From Candidatus Gottesmanbacteria bacterium (lineage in GTDB: Bacteria > Patescibacteriota > Microgenomatia > UBA10105 > UBA927): 64,000 nt of DNA. The notes beneath the pieces are model-generated. The model made no database searches, had not been told where the DNA came from, and was given only the letters and a program-made list of their open reading frames with translations. A program made the position numbers and the translations under genes. Of this stretch, positions 10,544-20,194 are shown one piece after another. The stretch is from NCBI GenBank assembly GCA_023245335.1, contig JAHFKK010000001.1, positions 619,282-683,281 of the forward strand, written 5' to 3'. The first letter of the stretch is position 1. Each line of letters opens with the position of its first letter.

Positions 10544-11518
10544 TTGCTAAGACGACGTATCCATGCTATTGTAAAATACGTTTCTATGGCAAATTCGGCA
10601 AAGAAATCATTTACGGTCAGCGTTATCCTTCCCAACTGGAACGGTGAGCATTTGCTCGCCAAAAACTTACCCAGCGTTTTGGAAGCGGCGCCGACGGCTG
10701 AAATTATTGTGGCCGACGACGCCTCCAAAGATGCATCGGTAGAGCTCCTCCGTAAGAAATTTCCTAGCGTCATCGTTATCGAGAATAAAAGACAACGGGG
10801 TTTTGCAGGAAACGTAAATAGCGGTGTCGCTAGAGCGAAAGGTGACATAGTCGTGCTTCTCAATACCGATGTGCGCCCCAACAAAGGTTTTTTGGAACCG
10901 CTCCTTGCCCGTTTTCTGGATCCGCATGTTGCGGCAGTCGGGTGTCTTGAGGAAAGTCATGACCTGGGGGGGGTCATCCTGCGGGGAAGAGGTGTCGCGC
11001 GGTGGATTAAAGGATATTTTATTCATACAAAGGGCGAGGTCACCAAAAGCGATACTGCTTGGGTAGCCGGAGGGAGCAGTGCGTTTAGAAAAAGCGTATG
11101 GAATGAGTTGGGGGGCATGGATACGATATATAATCCGTTTTATTGGGAAGACATAGACCTTTCATACCAGATGCAGAAAGCCGGACTGCGGATCGTATTT
11201 GAGAGGAAAAGCGTCGTTGGTCACTACCACGAGGAGGGGAAAATTAAAACATCCTTTACGCCCTCCGACATAACGCGTATTGCGTACCGGAATCAATTCA
11301 TATTTCTTTGGAAAAACATATCGGATCCCGGATTGTGGGTCGCTCACTGTGTATGGACGCCGATACGTCTGGTGCAGGCCCTCATACAGGGCGACTTTCT
11401 CATGCTGCAGGGGTATTTTGAGGCAATTATGAAACTACCTGCAGTCTGGCCTTCCCGCAAAAGAGCTTCCCGGCATTGGCGGTTGACCGATGCCGCGACT
11501 CTTCCTCAATCCGACTAA
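10544..11518 (+). CDS. GT2 glycosyltransferase
   Basis: 324 aa with 'FTVSVILPNWNGEHLL', 'VADDASKDAS' and 'WEDIDLSYQ'. An alternative start is the Met at 10586. Confidence 0.7.
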   Translation: MLRRRIHAIVKYVSMANSAKKSFTVSVILPNWNGEHLLAKNLPSVLEAAPTAEIIVADDASKDASVELLRKKFPSVIVIENKRQRGFAGNVNSGVARAKGDIVVLLNTDVRPNKGFLEPLLARFLDPHVAAVGCLEESHDLGGVILRGRGVARWIKGYFIHTKGEVTKSDTAWVAGGSSAFRKSVWNELGGMDTIYNPFYWEDIDLSYQMQKAGLRIVFERKSVVGHYHEEGKIKTSFTPSDITRIAYRNQFIFLWKNISDPGLWVAHCVWTPIRLVQALIQGDFLMLQGYFEAIMKLPAVWPSRKRASRHWRLTDAATLPQSD

Positions 11519-11521
11519 CCT

Positions 11522-12385
11522 ATGCAATGCCTTCTTTGTCGCATACCAACTGAGAAATATTTGTACAAAAACGGCTATTGGATCTACCGGTGCCCCCGGT
11601 GCCACTTGGGAGAGACGAACCTCAAAAAAGATTACTCACAGTTCGTGAAGGAATTTTATTCTCAAGGCTACTATGAGGGAGATCCCACACGAAGCGCTTA
11701 CGCGAGCTATGAAGCGGATAAGCCTCTTATTGTCCGGAATATGCATAAGTTTCTTTCTGTAATTCGCGCGAAGAAGTCCACAGGGAAACTACTGGATGTC
11801 GGATGCGCGTTTGGGTACTTCGTGGAGCTTGCATTGTCGAAAGGCTATGATGCATACGGATTTGACGCGTCGCATTTTGCTGCTGGAGAAGCAGGTGCGC
11901 TTGTCGGAAAGTCCCGTATCAAGGAAGGCACAGTCCAGTCAGTATCGTATCCGAAAAATTCGTTTGACATTATCACGCTTTTTGACGTCTTTGAACATTT
12001 ACAAGATCCGCTTGCCGACATGAAAAAATTGGCGGGATTCCTCAAGAAAGATGGGGTCATTCTGATCGCGACGGGAGACACGCGGAGTATCGCCGCCAAG
12101 GTTTTTCAGAGGCGTTGGACATTTTATATACCGCCGCAACATATCTTTTTCTTTCACAGAAAAAATGTCAGGGAACTGTTGAAAGCCGCAGGTCTCAGGC
12201 CCCGCTCGTGGTTTCGGGTGGGGAAATGGTTGAGCTTGGGGTATGTCCTGCATCTTGCCCGCACGACTGGCGAGAGTCCATTCGCACGCTTTCTTTATCA
12301 GGTTATAAAAGACACACCGTTTGCCCGGTTTCCGCTATACGTACCGATGAAAGATAATATGGTGATTGAAGTCAGTAAGATGTAG
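11522..12385 (+). CDS. Class I SAM-dependent methyltransferase with N-terminal Cys4 zinc ribbon
   Basis: 287 aa with 'CLLCR...CPRCHL' (CxxC...CxxC) followed by SAM motif I 'LLDVGCAFGYF'. The domain order resembles the sugar C/O-methyltransferase family. Confidence 0.7.
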   Translation: MQCLLCRIPTEKYLYKNGYWIYRCPRCHLGETNLKKDYSQFVKEFYSQGYYEGDPTRSAYASYEADKPLIVRNMHKFLSVIRAKKSTGKLLDVGCAFGYFVELALSKGYDAYGFDASHFAAGEAGALVGKSRIKEGTVQSVSYPKNSFDIITLFDVFEHLQDPLADMKKLAGFLKKDGVILIATGDTRSIAAKVFQRRWTFYIPPQHIFFFHRKNVRELLKAAGLRPRSWFRVGKWLSLGYVLHLARTTGESPFARFLYQVIKDTPFARFPLYVPMKDNMVIEVSKM

Positions 12386-12400
12386 TATAAGGGAGATCGT

Positions 12401-14131
12401 ATGAAATTATTCTTCAAACGTCACTGGAAGACGATTCTCATTTTCGGCTGCTTATTTGTACTTTTTTTCCTCAATGCATTTCATGAGAAGTATCCGGACG
12501 AATTCGACAGTATCGTCGGAGGCAGATATATAGACATGGGGCTTTTACAGTACCGCGATTGGTTTCAGCATCATCAGCCCGGTGCGTACGTGATGGCTTC
12601 ACTTATCCTGCCGTTTACGGGTATATCCTTTGTGAGGTTCCGGGTGGGTTGGGCTTTGGCGATTTTTGTCATTAACGCACTCGGGTATGCCATGCTAAGT
12701 AAGCGTTTTCCGGCGAAGAACCTGACGTTTTACCTCGTCATGCTTTTTACCATAGCTCTTGCCGGTACCTATTTCTGGTGGCAGATGTTACTCGCCGATT
12801 CTCTCGCGGCATATCTTCTGCTCCCCGCGTTCGCGCTACTTTTCATGAAAGATTATTACGAGGAGAAGTTTGATCGGGTCGATCTTATGTTGGTAGGCGG
12901 ATTTGCGTTTCTTTCCTGGTTCACTTCCATGACATATATCTATATTGTGGCCGCGATTTCGGCATATGCGATTTTCCTTTATGCAAGCCGCCGCGCCCGT
13001 CGGACTTCCTTTTGGAAAACTGCATTGACCGGCACCGGAATTCTCGCGGTTCCTTATGTCCTATTCGCCTTGTGGTTACTCGTAACAGGGAGCCTCAAGG
13101 ATTGGTATTTTGCCTCCGTGTACTACAACTCGGCATATTATATCTATAACTACCCGCATGCACCCGGACAAATGGTCAATCCCATACGTTACGCAGTCGT
13201 TATATTTAATGAGTTTGTGAATAATTATATGCTCGCTCTCGGCGGGGTCACGGGGTTGCCGATTACCAATCCCGGTCAGGTGACATTTGCGTTTTCAAGC
13301 TTTGCCGCAATTCTTTTGGTCATATTCACGGGCCGCTGGACATTCCTGTTTCCGCTTCTTATTACACTCGTCTATTCCAATGCACGGAGCAACCCGCAGT
13401 CCATCCGGGAAACGGATTATCAGTCCGCGGTCTACGTGATGACGTCCATGTTCAACGGGCTATTTACCCTTTCGGTGCTCAAAGAATTGGTCGATAGCAA
13501 GAAGCTAAAGGTAAGCGGGACGATCCTTGCGTCGGCTCTTATGTTGCTTCTCACGATCTATTGGATCGCCACTCCTATGTTTTATGCGCAGCGCATGATG
13601 CAGAAATATTATGACAAATATATGGGGAAGGCGCCTCTTATCTATGACCGTCCGCAGGTCACCAACTATGTCAATGCCATAATCGATAAAGGAGACATGG
13701 CGTGGGTCGGACCATTTGCATTTGAGGAGCTTTTCTATCTCAAAACGACGAGGATTCCGTCCAAGTATCATTGGTTTCTGCAGTTTGCGCAGGACACGAA
13801 GATCGGACCGGGATTAGTCGCCGACATGACGAAAAACCTCCCGAAAGTAATTGTTTTCCAAAGGAATTATGCCCCATGGGGAGGAGACGCTTCTACGTTT
13901 AACAGTTTTTTCCGGAAGTTTTTGGATCAGTATTATTTCCGCGTTTTCACGTATAATGAAACCTTGCCGGACATAAACTACAAATGGAAGATCGGGAATA
14001 CGATAAATTATGATCTGGATGGAGACTTTAACTTCGACAAACGATATCAGAAACAGATTATTGATAAGCTTCTCTCCCTGGGTTACATCGAAGCCGTGCC
14101 AAAGCACAAAGAGATTACGAACAAGAAGTAA
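12401..14131 (+). CDS. Integral membrane protein, putative GT-C-like glycosyltransferase (family unassigned)
   Basis: 576 aa. 'YPDEFDS' lies in the first loop after TM1. About 11 TM helices are followed by a roughly 200 aa soluble C-terminal domain. A Shine-Dalgarno-like 'aagggag' precedes the start. Confidence 0.5.
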   Translation: MKLFFKRHWKTILIFGCLFVLFFLNAFHEKYPDEFDSIVGGRYIDMGLLQYRDWFQHHQPGAYVMASLILPFTGISFVRFRVGWALAIFVINALGYAMLSKRFPAKNLTFYLVMLFTIALAGTYFWWQMLLADSLAAYLLLPAFALLFMKDYYEEKFDRVDLMLVGGFAFLSWFTSMTYIYIVAAISAYAIFLYASRRARRTSFWKTALTGTGILAVPYVLFALWLLVTGSLKDWYFASVYYNSAYYIYNYPHAPGQMVNPIRYAVVIFNEFVNNYMLALGGVTGLPITNPGQVTFAFSSFAAILLVIFTGRWTFLFPLLITLVYSNARSNPQSIRETDYQSAVYVMTSMFNGLFTLSVLKELVDSKKLKVSGTILASALMLLLTIYWIATPMFYAQRMMQKYYDKYMGKAPLIYDRPQVTNYVNAIIDKGDMAWVGPFAFEELFYLKTTRIPSKYHWFLQFAQDTKIGPGLVADMTKNLPKVIVFQRNYAPWGGDASTFNSFFRKFLDQYYFRVFTYNETLPDINYKWKIGNTINYDLDGDFNFDKRYQKQIIDKLLSLGYIEAVPKHKEITNKK

Positions 14132-14300
14132 GGATACGCCGGCTGTCACCGTCTCTTTCCATGCATTCTAGGTTTTGGCTGAAATCCCTTCCACGTCAAC
14201 GCGATTTTGTTCGTCCCTTGCTCACCAAAAGTTCCGAATAAGGATGCAGTTACGATAAATTTTCGATCAATTTCGTCCTGTGTTAACCCTCGTTTTTGAG

Positions 14301-14534
14301 CTACCGTGAGAAAATGGGCGTACTGGGGATCAGCCGGCGATAGATTTCGGCTGTCCCGGTATCGACGACCTCATCCAAATGTTCTAGGCTGCCGCGCTCT
14401 CTATTCAGCAAGTCAATTGCTTTTAGTGAAGCCTGGTTCAGGCTTTCGTGCGCATATTTTCGGGTTTCGTTTTCTTCGACCATATCGTCGCAGTATATCG
14501 CTGTAGTGTCAATTATATAATTTCGCTGAGACAA
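14301..14534 (-). pseudogene. PIN-domain (VapC-like) toxin relic, apparently frameshifted
   Basis: 77 aa ORF 'MSQRNYIIDTTAIY...' resembles a PIN N-terminus ('x-I-I-D-T-x-A-I'). About 50 further codons ('AQKRGLTQDEIDRKF...') continue in another frame down to about 14150, which would restore a typical roughly 130 aa PIN length. No antitoxin ORF is present. Confidence 0.3.
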
Positions 14535-16203
14535 ATACTTCCTTTACCGTGCTTCCGTTTATATCATCCAATTTCTGGAATTCTTTCTTGTGTTGCATAT
14601 ATTCGGGAGAAGCGAGAATGAATAGCGTGTTTCCGCCATGAGGAAGGCCTTTGAAATCAAATGACGGATCCATAAGCTTCATTCCGTTGGTATCCCAACT
14701 GGCTGACGTGAAGTAATATTTGCCGAAGTGCTCCCGGTTGCCCCCGCTTTGATAAACCGCCGGATCAATTCCACCCCAGTATAGTAGGAAGATATACGGC
14801 CTCCAGTAATAGCCGGAGATGTAGATACGGTCGTACTTATGTTCGTTTGCCCGGACATACGCGACCATCTGTTTGTTGCCGTCTCCAAATGAGAGAGCGT
14901 TATTCGTGGGGTTATTTACGAAGTAGGCGTAATGGAATTTTGGAAATGACAGCAGGAACCAGATGACCAAAGCGGTAAGAAGAACGGCAACAACCGGTTT
15001 GACGCGGGATTTTTTGGGAAGATACTCAAGTAAATATATAATTCCGAATCCGGACAGTACGGCAAATACGGGAGCGGCGATGAGCGTGCGGAGCGTATTC
15101 GGCTGATTCAGGCTGAAAGCGCCGGGGAAGAATCCGGTCACGAGCCATACAAGCAATACATACATAGAAAAAGGTGATAACGAGAACAGAAGGAGTAATC
15201 CGAGCGGCAACAACATCATGTCAAACGGATATAATGCGCCATAGGTGCCGGTGCCGGTCACAAATAGATTGTGAGGGTCGATATTCTTCCAATAATTTTC
15301 TAGGATCGTCTCAAGAAGTGCGATTCTTCTGTTGTAAATAATTTTATTGATGATGGTCGGGTGCACGGCCATGATATTTGTGTACGCTTCTTTTCGGTTA
15401 ATAAAGTTTTGATCGTTGACTACGCTTACGGTATTTATCCTCTGCCAACCGCCCGGCGAGAGCATCTCGCGTCCCATGGGAAAAAATACCGTGAGACATA
15501 TAGCTAGGGTAACGACTGATGTTTTCCACTCCTTTGTTACCGTTTTCCACTGAGTCACAAGGTAGAGAAGCGCCATAAACGGTATCACTAGTCTGACGGA
15601 GTAGTAGAAATATAATGAGGTGACATAAAAAAGTCCGGCGAGGAGGATTTCCCGGTAGTTTCTGCGGCTCCGGAGTAAAAAGTATGTACCCAGCATGAAC
15701 CAGAACACAGCGCCGTTACTTTCAAATAGCTGGCGTGAGAAGTTTATATGCCATGGCTGCAGAGCAAACATAAGGGTCGGGATAAGTGCGGCGTCGAATT
15801 CGCCAAGCTTGAGATGTCGTCTGTCACCCAAGAGTTCGGCCGCTAAGACGTACATAACGATAATTGCAAGAATGCCAAAGAGCGCGGATGGGAGGCGGGC
15901 GGCTAACTCGGTTCGGCCGAACAATGCGACGAAAGGGACGGTAGTGTAGACCATACCCGGCAATTTGTAATCGTCAAACGAACGGAACAGCAAAGGATAC
16001 GGTGCGCCGTACTCATCCTTGCCGGTTTTGAGTATTGAATACGCGTTGTACGCGATTGCCGTTTCGTCATGGGAGAGGGATGGCGGTATGGTTGTCAGCC
16101 GGTCAAAACGGAGATAGATGCCGATAATAAGAATCAGAGCAAACAAAATTATGGTAAAAGTCCTTTGAGAAGCGCCACTTAGGGGTTTACTCGTGTGTTT
16201 CAT
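14509..16203 (-). CDS. GT39/PMT-like (COG1807) GT-C glycosyltransferase, paralogue A
   Basis: 564 aa with the first-loop motif 'SHDETAIAYNAYSILKTGKDEYG...DDYKLPGMVYTTVPF' and 'RLPSALFGIL'. A conserved C-terminal soluble domain follows. Confidence 0.75.
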   Translation of the reverse strand: MKHTSKPLSGASQRTFTIILFALILIIGIYLRFDRLTTIPPSLSHDETAIAYNAYSILKTGKDEYGAPYPLLFRSFDDYKLPGMVYTTVPFVALFGRTELAARLPSALFGILAIIVMYVLAAELLGDRRHLKLGEFDAALIPTLMFALQPWHINFSRQLFESNGAVFWFMLGTYFLLRSRRNYREILLAGLFYVTSLYFYYSVRLVIPFMALLYLVTQWKTVTKEWKTSVVTLAICLTVFFPMGREMLSPGGWQRINTVSVVNDQNFINRKEAYTNIMAVHPTIINKIIYNRRIALLETILENYWKNIDPHNLFVTGTGTYGALYPFDMMLLPLGLLLLFSLSPFSMYVLLVWLVTGFFPGAFSLNQPNTLRTLIAAPVFAVLSGFGIIYLLEYLPKKSRVKPVVAVLLTALVIWFLLSFPKFHYAYFVNNPTNNALSFGDGNKQMVAYVRANEHKYDRIYISGYYWRPYIFLLYWGGIDPAVYQSGGNREHFGKYYFTSASWDTNGMKLMDPSFDFKGLPHGGNTLFILASPEYMQHKKEFQKLDDINGSTVKEVFVSAKLYN

Positions 16204-16206
16204 AAG

Positions 16207-17844
16207 TTATTTGTCGGTATCTACGACTACAAACTGCTCCGTATTGTCCGGCAGGAGAATGGTTGCGATGATTTTGGGGGAAAGTGCCCTGGGTACCTCA
16301 TCGGGTTTAGTGACCAGAAGCGTATGCTTCCTTGACGGATCCTTAGTCCAGTCAATGGCGCGGAACGAGAATCGTCCGAATCCGGAAACATCGGTGAATC
16401 CATCCGAAGAAGTGGAATATCGTCTGGCTTCCGTTTGATAGGATCGAGGTGAATAGCCGCTGTAAAAGAGAATATATATGTACGGGGACGTTTCCGGATG
16501 CGTCATGATGACCTGTTTATGTATGTTTTCGGGAGAGAAGAGAACGGGAGTAAGTTTTTTGTATCCGTAGCCCCAGCTCGCCGCTTCTGTTTTTGCGAAA
16601 TGGACGTAATACTGGTTGAGATACATTGCCATAGAGGCAAGATAACTACCAATGAGAATGATGGCAAGACCCGCCCGCCACCTTTTTGGTGTTTCGGTAA
16701 GTAACCACAAGATGCCGGAAGCAACCGCTACAGCAAATCCCGGCACGACAGCAAACATCCGGTTGCTGTGCGGGGCATCCTTGGTGATGGCGGCCGCCAC
16801 GGCTCCGATTGCGATCCACCAGAGGATGAGCTGGGCTGATTTTTTCTTTCGGTTGACGATAAGCCACGTAATACCCAGAAGGAGAAGCGGTGCTTCGATA
16901 GGATGTAGGTTCCCAAATCCCTGTATGTTATGAGCACTGTTTCCGCCTCCTTTGATAAACAGGAACTCGGGCCCGTAGGATCTAAGGTAGTTCTGGTAGA
17001 CCGTCGATATGCCGTAGGTTACACGGTTATAGATGAGACGGACAGGAGGTGCGTTTGGGTTAGGATAGAGAAGCCTCGGTAACTCGATGTTGTTGTGAAC
17101 AGTCGTCGGGTCCCCGAAAATACTGATCCCGGAAATTTTTGTGCGATCCGCACCCAAGAGTGTCGCCGATAATATGATTGCCGTTACCACTGTGCCTATT
17201 GCTACTGCGATCCACCATCGGGAGATCTTTGCCGCATCTTTGCCGTAGATACCGAAGAGTCCCATGAGAAGCAACGTAGTGAAGATGTGGTTGCCGTGAT
17301 ATGTATAGTAGGTGGAGGCAAAGAGTAAGGAAGAAAAAACGAGTTTCCTGAGAGATCTTTTCCGTATCGCGGAGAGAAAAAGGATGGAACCCACGATAGT
17401 CATAAAGACGGCGGCATTTGATTCCGACTCTACCCTCGAGATGTGGATGTGCCACGGCATAAGTGCAAGGACTGCGGCAGCAAGGAGTGCGAGCGGTTCA
17501 GAGCCGAAGAGAGAAAGGGCCAGTACGTAGAGCCCGGCAACTCCCAGGATGCCGGCAAGCGCTGACGGTAGGCGGACTGCGAGTTCCGATTCCCCGAATA
17601 GGTGAATAAACGGGATGTCGGCATATATGTAGAGAGGCATCTTCCAGTCCCCGAATGACTCAAACGATAACGGTAATATTTTGCCATACTCATCCCGTCC
17701 GGTGGTCGCAAGAGAGTGTGCGGTGAAACCGATGGCCGCTTCATCGCGGTTCACCCCCGGCGGTACGCTATCTAAACGATAGAGCCGCAGGAATGAAGCG
17801 ACAAGTATGATGCCTATCAGAGCTATTTTTCCGAATTTACTCAT
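16207..17844 (-). CDS. GT39/PMT-like (COG1807) GT-C glycosyltransferase, paralogue B
   Basis: 545 aa with 'NRDEAAIGFTAHSLATTGRDEYG' and 'RLPSALAGIL'. It sits in tandem with paralogue A. Confidence 0.75.
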   Translation of the reverse strand: MSKFGKIALIGIILVASFLRLYRLDSVPPGVNRDEAAIGFTAHSLATTGRDEYGKILPLSFESFGDWKMPLYIYADIPFIHLFGESELAVRLPSALAGILGVAGLYVLALSLFGSEPLALLAAAVLALMPWHIHISRVESESNAAVFMTIVGSILFLSAIRKRSLRKLVFSSLLFASTYYTYHGNHIFTTLLLMGLFGIYGKDAAKISRWWIAVAIGTVVTAIILSATLLGADRTKISGISIFGDPTTVHNNIELPRLLYPNPNAPPVRLIYNRVTYGISTVYQNYLRSYGPEFLFIKGGGNSAHNIQGFGNLHPIEAPLLLLGITWLIVNRKKKSAQLILWWIAIGAVAAAITKDAPHSNRMFAVVPGFAVAVASGILWLLTETPKRWRAGLAIILIGSYLASMAMYLNQYYVHFAKTEAASWGYGYKKLTPVLFSPENIHKQVIMTHPETSPYIYILFYSGYSPRSYQTEARRYSTSSDGFTDVSGFGRFSFRAIDWTKDPSRKHTLLVTKPDEVPRALSPKIIATILLPDNTEQFVVVDTDK

Positions 17845-20191
17845 GATAATTTTTTTTGACGATGAAAAGTGCCGCTGCTGTCGCCATAATACTTATGATA
17901 CTCAAAACTTCGCCCACAGCAACACTTACAGGCGCGTAGGTCATGATGACCGTGTGCGTGCCGGGAGGTACGGTGACTGCGCGAAAGGTCCAATCAGCGC
18001 GTAGGATATCTCCCGGTTTGCCGTCTATTGTGGCATGCCAGCCGGGATAGTAGGTGTCCGTAAGTACTAAGACCGAAGCGACCGGTCGTTCCGTCTGTAT
18101 AGTCAATGATTCCGGCTTGTAGTCTGTGATAGCGGCGGATCCCTCTTCTGCTGACTTCTCTATACCCGAGGGAACGGCGGGCAGAAGGACCGTCTCTGCC
18201 GGATCAAACGACGGAGAAAAGAGTTGTTTACCGAAGTCATCCGCGTTTTGATACGTCAGGATGTTTTTAGCAAGAAATGCCCGGGGTGCGGCTTTGAGAT
18301 TGGTAAATATATGCCAGTCTCCGGCGCTCATGGCCATAGCATACCGGCTGGGAGGGAACGTTTCCTGCGTACTGCCGTTTTCCAGACGATCGAGGATGTA
18401 TCGCACACTCAAAAGGTCCAGCATCCGTAAAGTATATGGGTCGTCGAATCCGTTTTTGCCGAATCCCGAGGAAATTGCGGCATCGGAGCGGGTCGCATTC
18501 GTAAATTGTGTCATCAATTTGCCGGTCCGATAGCCGTAGAGGAACTCGCCGTACCATTTAGGATACAAAGGATCATATCCTTCAGGAGAAAACATGCCGT
18601 ACTGCGTCGCGAAGTTCGCAGCTATCCCTGCCGTGCCGTATCCCCAATACCGGTCAGGACCGTGATGGGTAAGATAGGAGAGTATTTCATGATCAGGGAA
18701 TACGAGTGCTTGAGGCACAAATGGGTTGAATCGGTTAAAAAAGATAAAAAGGTCAAGCATGTGGACGATGAGTAAGAGGACAATCGCGTGCCGCCGCAGT
18801 GTCGGAATGGCTATAGCGATCCAAAAGAGCACGATCGTTGCCCCCGCAATAAGTCCGCCGTACAGAATTGCACGGAGCGCAACAGCCGCGTGCGCATGGA
18901 AGTCGGTAAAGAAAGGAAGCTTGGCGCAAAGGATGAGAAGAACAAATACAAGTGCTACCTCAAGCGTTCGTATAACCAGTTTTTTGACTGAATGTTTTTC
19001 CGTCATCCAATGATCGAGTCCCAGTCCGCCCAGGACCGATAAGCAAAACGCGAAAAGAAAAGCCATGAGCGTCGGACTACTTGCACTGAAGATGGGGATA
19101 GGTACGCGGTAGAGAAGATACGTTGCCGGATTGGCAGTTATGAGAATGCCGATAATAGCAAATGACCAGACATACCATTTGGTGATAGCATCTTTTCGCC
19201 GCATGGCGGAAAGCAAAAAGAAAAGAGGTACCAAGCCCACGGTCGTTACCTTGCCGACGAATGTATCCGCCGGCCAGTAGGTGCGCGTAGCCGGATTACC
19301 GAACATGTTCGGGAAAGCGGTTGCGAGAAGCTGCCAAGGCTGGATCAGAATTTTCGTAAATAGATTGGTGAATTCGTGAGGACTACGGGCCGCGAGTTGG
19401 ATAAGTTCGATACCGGGTATAAGCTGAAGTCCCGCGATTCCTATCCCCAGACTCATGAATATGCCCGAGGGGATCCATACTCTCCGTGGCAGCCGGAATG
19501 CGGCGTAGATGACGCTAAAGAGAATAAGATACCCGTATACCTGCGGATGACCGGCAAGGAGTGCCGAAGCGTTGCCGAGTGCAAGTACAGCAAACCACCG
19601 GGCTTTAGGTTTCTCCCGCAGAGACTCGATCGCAAGAAGGAGAAGTGGAAGCCAAAGAATGACGTGGCCTACCGTATTGTACTCGAGCCACACCGCCATA
19701 AACCCCGAGAACCCGTAGGAGAGTGCGGCAAGGAGCGATCCATAGGTCTTGCCTCCGATCTTTCGTATATACCAGTAGGTGAATATACCGGCAAGTAACG
19801 GTTGGAGGAGTGTCAGGATAGTCCATGCGGATACCTCGCTAAGGAAAAGGTACAAAATGGCGAGAGGGTATAATACTGCCGACTGAAAGTTTCCAAGAAG
19901 CGGTGAGCCCGAGAAGTTATACGGATTCCAGAGTGGTAATTTCCCCTGTTTAAGCTCATTTACCGCAAGCGTTTTCCAAGGATACATTTGGCGATATGTG
20001 TCCGGATACTGTGCCTTATTGGGGATGCCGCCAGCGGCATACCCGAGATATGCGGCAGAGCGCCAGGGTTGGAAGTCGCTTGCCAGGCCGTCACCGGGAA
20101 ACGGCACTTTCCCGAAGAGAACTGTTTGGTAAAAAAATATCGCGGTAACGGCGATAAGGATCCCGGTAACCCAGACGAATTCTTTTCTCAT
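17837..20191 (-). CDS. YfhO-family GT-C membrane glycosyltransferase (paralogue 3)
   Basis: 784 aa. The C-terminus 'YYPGWHATIDGKPGDILRADWTFRAVTVPPGTHTVIMTYAP' is followed by a TM anchor. Confidence 0.75.
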   Translation of the reverse strand: MRKEFVWVTGILIAVTAIFFYQTVLFGKVPFPGDGLASDFQPWRSAAYLGYAAGGIPNKAQYPDTYRQMYPWKTLAVNELKQGKLPLWNPYNFSGSPLLGNFQSAVLYPLAILYLFLSEVSAWTILTLLQPLLAGIFTYWYIRKIGGKTYGSLLAALSYGFSGFMAVWLEYNTVGHVILWLPLLLLAIESLREKPKARWFAVLALGNASALLAGHPQVYGYLILFSVIYAAFRLPRRVWIPSGIFMSLGIGIAGLQLIPGIELIQLAARSPHEFTNLFTKILIQPWQLLATAFPNMFGNPATRTYWPADTFVGKVTTVGLVPLFFLLSAMRRKDAITKWYVWSFAIIGILITANPATYLLYRVPIPIFSASSPTLMAFLFAFCLSVLGGLGLDHWMTEKHSVKKLVIRTLEVALVFVLLILCAKLPFFTDFHAHAAVALRAILYGGLIAGATIVLFWIAIAIPTLRRHAIVLLLIVHMLDLFIFFNRFNPFVPQALVFPDHEILSYLTHHGPDRYWGYGTAGIAANFATQYGMFSPEGYDPLYPKWYGEFLYGYRTGKLMTQFTNATRSDAAISSGFGKNGFDDPYTLRMLDLLSVRYILDRLENGSTQETFPPSRYAMAMSAGDWHIFTNLKAAPRAFLAKNILTYQNADDFGKQLFSPSFDPAETVLLPAVPSGIEKSAEEGSAAITDYKPESLTIQTERPVASVLVLTDTYYPGWHATIDGKPGDILRADWTFRAVTVPPGTHTVIMTYAPVSVAVGEVLSIISIMATAAALFIVKKNYHE

Positions 20192-20194
20192 ACG

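Noticed and set aside
10294-10884. 196 aa minus-strand ORF spanning the YfhO-2 / GT2 junction
   Set aside because: It overlaps two well-supported plus-strand genes and has low-complexity composition. No support.
14132-14300. Possible intrinsic terminator between the convergent genes
   Set aside because: No convincing GC-rich hairpin followed by a T-tract was visible by eye. A fold prediction could check this.
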